Below, one piece after another: positions 59,046-64,000 of a DNA stretch of 64,000 nt. Positions within the stretch are counted from its first letter, which is position 1. Each line of letters begins with the position of its first letter. The DNA comes from Eledone cirrhosa. Lineage: Eukaryota. The stretch is taken from positions 58,280,001-58,344,000 of the forward strand of contig OZ024747.1 of NCBI GenBank assembly GCA_964016885.1, given 5' to 3'. The translations under genes and the position numbers were made by a program. The notes under the pieces are model-generated. The model saw only the letters and a list, made by a program, of their open reading frames with translations. It was not told where the DNA came from and made no database searches.

Positions 59046-59111
59046 TATTTTATCTGATGAGGACGTACTGTTGAAATAACTCAGTATCTCTGAAATATGT
59101 ATAATAAAATA
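59046..59111 (+). ncRNA. Minimal type I hammerhead ribozyme in a PLE terminal repeat (58985-59157)
   Basis: Perfect 8-bp stem I tattttat/ataaaata, CTGATGA, stem II gtactg/cagtat, GAAA-t-atgt-a-TA. Confidence 0.72.
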
Positions 59112-59542
59112 TATGTGATCACATGAATGTCTATATTTATTAATATTTTGAAGTAATATATATATATATATATATGTATATTCTCATGCGGCTACTGTAT
59201 TAGCTGTGACAGTAGCTCAATTTAAATAAATTATAGCAAGATTCTAGTGGGATTATTAAGCATAAACATATTCGTATATATTTTCATATTCAACACTTGT
59301 GGAACTCACCCACAGACATACACACACTGATAATACACTTAGAAACATACACAGCTTCACGACCAAAGGGCACACTACTTCAATACATATGCATACACAT
59401 ACACACGAACAAAATAAATATAAACAATACCCACACACACCAAATCAAACCTGTCAAGCCTCACCGGCGGACGGGGATGTCTTCTACTCATTTTGGGAAG
59501 AGTGAGAGAAGTCTTGCGAAAATGGATATAGCTTTCATTATT

Positions 59543-59808
59543 TAGTACCAGTAATGTACTGGGTAATGTCTGGCCTTGTGCCAAAAATTAGAAACAATTA
59601 TTTAAAATCTCTCCAGGGCGGTGGATTGGCAGTATCGGTAGAGAGTCAGACGCAATGCTTTGCCGCAAAGAGTTACGGCCCTTGCCATTCTGAGTTCAAA
59701 TCCCGCCGGGGTTAACTTTGCCTTTCATCCTTACTGGGTCGATAAAATAAAGTACCAGCAATGCACTGGGTAATTGCTGGCCTTGTGCCCAAAGTAGAAA
59801 CAATTATT
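59543..59808 (+). mobile_element. SINE 3' fragment followed by a full SINE inserted at its tail
   Basis: aattatttaaaatctc(t/c)cca is duplicated on both sides of the second copy. Confidence 0.88.
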
Positions 59809-60099
59809 TAAAATCTCCCCATTTTGCTTCATTTCTCCTCGTCTTGGGTACTTTTGTTTCATGGAACTCCGCGTTTGGGGTTTTAGAAGATGACAGATCT
59901 GCAACATGTACTTCATTTCCATATACATATGCGTACCAATGATTGATCTGAAATAGCGCAACCAACTTGAAACAGCCACCACAATACACCACACGACGAA
60001 CTACTATATATATTTGACAATTCCTTCTATATTTAATTGTCATCTTGTTTGCTTCTGTCTATTTTGCTTTTAACACGGTTTCTTCTGCTCACTCCGTCT

Positions 60100-60840
60100 T
60101 AGATAACCTTAAACTGATGCGTTTCATACATGACAATACAGTATTCATGGTTTGGCCTTTAGTAATATGAAAGCCTGGAGGGAACAAAGCAATATCAGAT
60201 AGAAGCGAAAATAAAACATTCACTTCGAAAATATCAATTTTACTCAGCGTAACCTATTGACCAAACGTCAATTTGATTTGCCAATATCCGATTCTGATGA
60301 AATGTTCTTATTTCATCATGGATATCAAATATTCATAGAATCCAGGTAAGAAGACAAATGCTATTCAATAGAGGATACATCCTGTTGCTAGGTTCCAATT
60401 CAGTTTTTCCTACATAGTAAAATGTCTTTCTACCTCTATACAGCAGGTGACATGTTGCTCTGGATTACCTCCATCATGTTTACCTATTTCTCTTACGAGG
60501 AGAATAACGTATATCGTTATCAACCGCGTGTCAATAGTCTTTCTATTAATGCTAGAATAGCCGAGTCAATGAATGAGGCGTTATATGGTTGCTCTTCTTG
60601 CTAGGAATGACATAAAATTATTTCTCAAATCAAAGCTTAGTTGCTAACCAACATAATGAAGTATGCAGTCATGATATACATTGTTAACGTTTTCATACGT
60701 GCTGTAATTTGCACACCTATTTCTAAGTTATGTGCAGCATAGGTGTTTTAAAGTATAGGTGTTTTAAACTGTGTCAAATTAGCTTTGCTCTATGTAATTG
60801 AACTGTTGCTGGTGACGTTTAGCTTTTTTTTCTTGACAAT
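60100..60840 (+). pseudogene. Channel module G (S1-S5 remnants)
   Basis: HGYQIFIES then |gtaaga at 60345; tatacagcag acceptor then GDMLLWITSIMFTYFSYEENNVYRYQPR at 60446-60529 (S2, D..W......Y.E.....P); LLYVIELLLVTFS at ~60785 (S5-like). Confidence 0.4.
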
Positions 60841-61364
60841 GTACGTTGTTATATACTGTTGTGTTTTGTTTGTGTTTTCCATAACGTTACTCGATAAAAT
60901 CCGTAGCCCGGAGATCAGAGTCACTCTAGGTAGAGCTGCTACTTCTTCCAATTGAGAGATCACAGCGCCGATACTGTGGGCATGTGGTTAGAATGTCGCA
61001 GGAAAGAGACTAAAAAAACAACAATAATAATAATAATAATAATACTATTAATAATAATAATAATAATGTTTTCTTTATTAACCACAAGGGTTTACATAAA
61101 GTAGACATTAAGGACAGTACAGGACAATACAGGACGGTACAAATGGGCATTTCTGCGTGTAAAAAAAACGGAGGTTGAAATAAAATAACAAAGAAAAATT
61201 CCCCAATAGGGGGGAGACTTCCGAGGGACATTTGTGGAGAAAGCCCATTAAAAGACCACAGTGGCCCTGACCACCAGGGCAAGTGCCCTCTCCCAGTTTT
61301 CCACCTTTAATTTACAGACACATACTCAGAGAAGGCCCATTCATTCGGGCCATACTTGCTTCTC

Positions 61365-63155
61365 TCACCCATCTTTCAACAGGTAACGATGGTCGACCCT
61401 ATCGAAGGCTTTCGACTGATCTAAATTGATCAAAGACCCACCCATGCCAGGTTCCCTAGCTACCCTCTCTACGATGTATCGCATGAGGTGGAGGTTGTCG
61501 TTGATGGATCTGTCGGGAATGGCGCATGTCTGTGCCTCTCCCACCAGACCACCAACGACAAGCGCCAACCTCTTTGCTAGCACCTTGGCCAAAATCTTGA
61601 ACTCTGTGTTTAGCAGAGTTATGGGCCTAAAATTATCTATGTTATCCCCCTTGTTCGGATCCTTTCTCAGCAGCGCCACCGCTCCTCGGCTCACAGAGCT
61701 GGGAATTCTCCCGTTCTGTTGCCAGTTGCAGTAGACGTCCGCCAAGAGGCCTCCGAACAAGTTTGGCATTTGTACGTAAAGTTCATAGGGCAGACCATCC
61801 AAACCAGGCGATTTACCCCTTGTGCAACTAGTCATTGCATCCCGTACTTCAGCGGTTGTTATCGGCTTTTCGCAATACTCCGCCTCAGTGGCCGAAAGCC
61901 GCGGCAGTCCGTCGAGGTAGACACTAAAGTCCATCCCTCGATCCGGCCCGCCACTGCCCCCGAACAGTTGAGCGAAGTGTCGCTGAAAAGCTTCACACAT
62001 TTGCCCGGGATCGAGTAGCATGCGCCCGTCGTGGTCCACCAAAGACCGGATCGTGGCTTTGTTGCCACGACGCGCCTCCGCCACTCGGGCCCATTGAACG
62101 GCTTTCGTCCCCTCGTGTCTGAGAGCACGCACCCTAGCTCTGACAACGCAGCCTTCGTGCTTTGCATTGAAGAATTGGTCAAGGGCCAATTTCGCCGCAA
62201 GTACGTCGGTCGCGATGCCTTTGCTAAGCGCCTCATCTAATTTTCTAAGTAATTCTCCCTCTGCTCTATTTTTCTCTATTGCTGAAGTCTTACTAAACCT
62301 AATGGACTCTATTCTAATTGCTCTTTTCAGAGCAAACCACCACTTGTTGTTGACGATGGCCCCCGTCAACGCCCGCTTAACTAGTTCGCTAATCCGGTCT
62401 CTGTAGGCCTTGCGCGCTGATAAGGACGCGTTTAGCTTCCAGTAGCCGGGTCCTTGTCTATGAAGCCTATCTAAGTCAAGCACACAGATCACGAATTTGT
62501 GGTCCGTGTAGCTGACTATCTTGAATTGTGGACAGCCTATGCTAGACCTATCTATTTCCCTACAAAATACTCTATCTAGATATGATCTGGATGACCCTAT
62601 GCGATTTGTCCAAGTCCACATTGGTACATTCGGGAAATCCATTCGGTACCTGTCAGACAGTTCAAAACGTCTGAGCAGGTTGGTGAGACTCTTGCACCCT
62701 CCTTCCCTATCCACTAATCCCACACAATCCCAGCGTGCATCTAAGATCCCGTTCCAGTCGCCCACTAACACTAAAGAGCGGGACGTTCCAAGAAAGGTCT
62801 CCAGACGCCGGAAGAAATCAGGCCGCCCTGCTCCTGTCGGGGCATAGACGGCCACTAACCTGAAAGCTTGCCCGTCTCCGCTGGTCACGTCCAGCACCAC
62901 CAACTTACCTTCTGGGTCCAGGAAGATGGCCCGTATGGCAAGATCCAAACCTCTCCGAAAAAGCACAGCAACTCCTCCCCCCGATCCCGGACGGCTGGGA
63001 GATGAGTACACATCGTAGCCGCCGAAGATCGGTGCGAAAGCCTGTGCTTCGGAGATTCTGGTCTCGCTGATGGCCAGTACATCTATGTTTAGTGACCTGA
63101 GGTCGTTGAGCAGGTGGCCCTGCTTCCATGACGACCCCAAGCCACGCGCATTCAT
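61365..63155 (-). CDS. Open 596-aa LINE ORF2 fragment: APE endonuclease plus RT N-terminal half
   Basis: NARGL, ISET, GDWN, SYLDR, TDHK, PGYWKLN, KSPGLDG, LDQSKAFDRVDH; no QG or YADD motifs. Confidence 0.9.
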   Translation of the reverse strand: MNARGLGSSWKQGHLLNDLRSLNIDVLAISETRISEAQAFAPIFGGYDVYSSPSRPGSGGGVAVLFRRGLDLAIRAIFLDPEGKLVVLDVTSGDGQAFRLVAVYAPTGAGRPDFFRRLETFLGTSRSLVLVGDWNGILDARWDCVGLVDREGGCKSLTNLLRRFELSDRYRMDFPNVPMWTWTNRIGSSRSYLDRVFCREIDRSSIGCPQFKIVSYTDHKFVICVLDLDRLHRQGPGYWKLNASLSARKAYRDRISELVKRALTGAIVNNKWWFALKRAIRIESIRFSKTSAIEKNRAEGELLRKLDEALSKGIATDVLAAKLALDQFFNAKHEGCVVRARVRALRHEGTKAVQWARVAEARRGNKATIRSLVDHDGRMLLDPGQMCEAFQRHFAQLFGGSGGPDRGMDFSVYLDGLPRLSATEAEYCEKPITTAEVRDAMTSCTRGKSPGLDGLPYELYVQMPNLFGGLLADVYCNWQQNGRIPSSVSRGAVALLRKDPNKGDNIDNFRPITLLNTEFKILAKVLAKRLALVVGGLVGEAQTCAIPDRSINDNLHLMRYIVERVAREPGMGGSLINLDQSKAFDRVDHRYLLKDG

Positions 63156-63213
63156 GCTGCCTATTCTGAGTGAGGTCCTGATGAAAAGGAGCGGAAAAGA
63201 TGGGAAAGACCAC

Positions 63214-64000
63214 TTACCTTACTTCTCGTAGGGGAAGGACGGTTTTTCCATCCTTTTCACTGCTTGTGGCCTCCTCAGGAAGGATGTCCTTATAAATCCT
63301 CCTGGAGAGTGCTTGTCGGAAGTCTCCGATGTCTTTGGGGAATTTTTGTTTTAGTGTCATGTACGTTTTCTGTGTGATGCGAGTGATTTGTATGTGTGGA
63401 GGTGGTGTGAATTTTGGGGTTGTTGTGTAGTCTTTTTCTGGGATGCTGGTGTTGTGTTGGATGTAGTGTAATAATTGCTTGTTGTTCAAATTTAATGCTG
63501 TGTAGTGTGTATCGTTTTGGTTGTTTTGTTTTGTTTGCGTTTGTTGTGGGTTTGTTTCTGTTTCGCATTTTGGTGACTTTTGTGGTGTAGGTGATGGTGG
63601 TGTTGGGGTTAATGATGGTGATGGTGTTGGTGTTTGGGTTGATGGGGTTGGTGATGCTAGTGTGGATGGTGGCATATCTGTCCTAACTTTTTTGTTTCTT
63701 AATTTATTTGTTTCCCTCTGTATTTTGTTTTTGGAGGGGGAAGGAAGAGAATTTTTTTCTTTTTTGGTTTCTTTTTTTTTTTCGGATATCGTTTCCCACT
63801 CCTCGTCGTCACAATCTGTCTCCAGTTGTGATAGGCCGGGGAGTGGAAAATCCTCCACAGCCGTTATTTTTGGTTGTGTCGTGGTGGATGGTGTAGGCGC
63901 TGGTGCTAGTTCTGAAGCGTTGGGTGGTGGTGGTGTTGGTTTTGCTGGTGGTGGTGTTGGTGTTGGTTTTGCTACTGTTGCTGGGGTTGTTGCTGTTATA
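63214..64000 (-). CDS. LINE ORF1 C-terminal part
   Basis: Homologous to the C-terminal part of copy 1 ORF1 (KFP..GDFR..RR.Y.DIL.EE..DG.T.LPLRE). Confidence 0.7.
   Translation of the reverse strand, partial: ITATTPATVAKPTPTPPPAKPTPPPPNASELAPAPTPSTTTQPKITAVEDFPLPGLSQLETDCDDEEWETISEKKKETKKEKNSLPSPSKNKIQRETNKLRNKKVRTDMPPSTLASPTPSTQTPTPSPSLTPTPPSPTPQKSPKCETETNPQQTQTKQNNQNDTHYTALNLNNKQLLHYIQHNTSIPEKDYTTTPKFTPPPHIQITRITQKTYMTLKQKFPKDIGDFRQALSRRIYKDILPEEATSSEKDGKTVLPLREVR

Larger units (their letters stand above)
61068..64000 (-). mobile_element. Second Tx1/L1-clade LINE, internally deleted, runs off the window
   Basis: ORF1 end (63214 onward), ORF2, 3' UTR with AATAAA and (TTA)n tail at 61023-61067. 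Confidence 0.93.

Overview
This is AT-rich animal DNA saturated with (TA)n, (CA)n and (GA)n microsatellites. It is probably from an octopod cephalopod, inferred from the Meta-domain and CORE-type tRNA SINEs. Most ORF-track entries are microsatellite artefacts. Real coding signal comes from retroelements: two Tx1/L1-clade LINEs, an R4/Dong RLE element, RTE fragments, and a Naiad-type Penelope-like (PLE) GIY-YIG fragment. There are also many hammerhead-bearing PLE terminal repeats, a non-autonomous Helitron and about 17 SINEs, several with target-site duplications. The main hidden signal is a + strand chain of decayed, spliced exons running through the whole window. By eye these repeat the S1-S6 / pore / C-linker / cyclic-nucleotide-binding-domain (CNBD) architecture up to seven times. 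This suggests a pseudogenised CNGK-like multi-repeat channel locus, either one gene with more than four repeats or tandem CNGK genes. All alignments were made by eye without database searches, and the weaker exon calls could be pattern over-reading.
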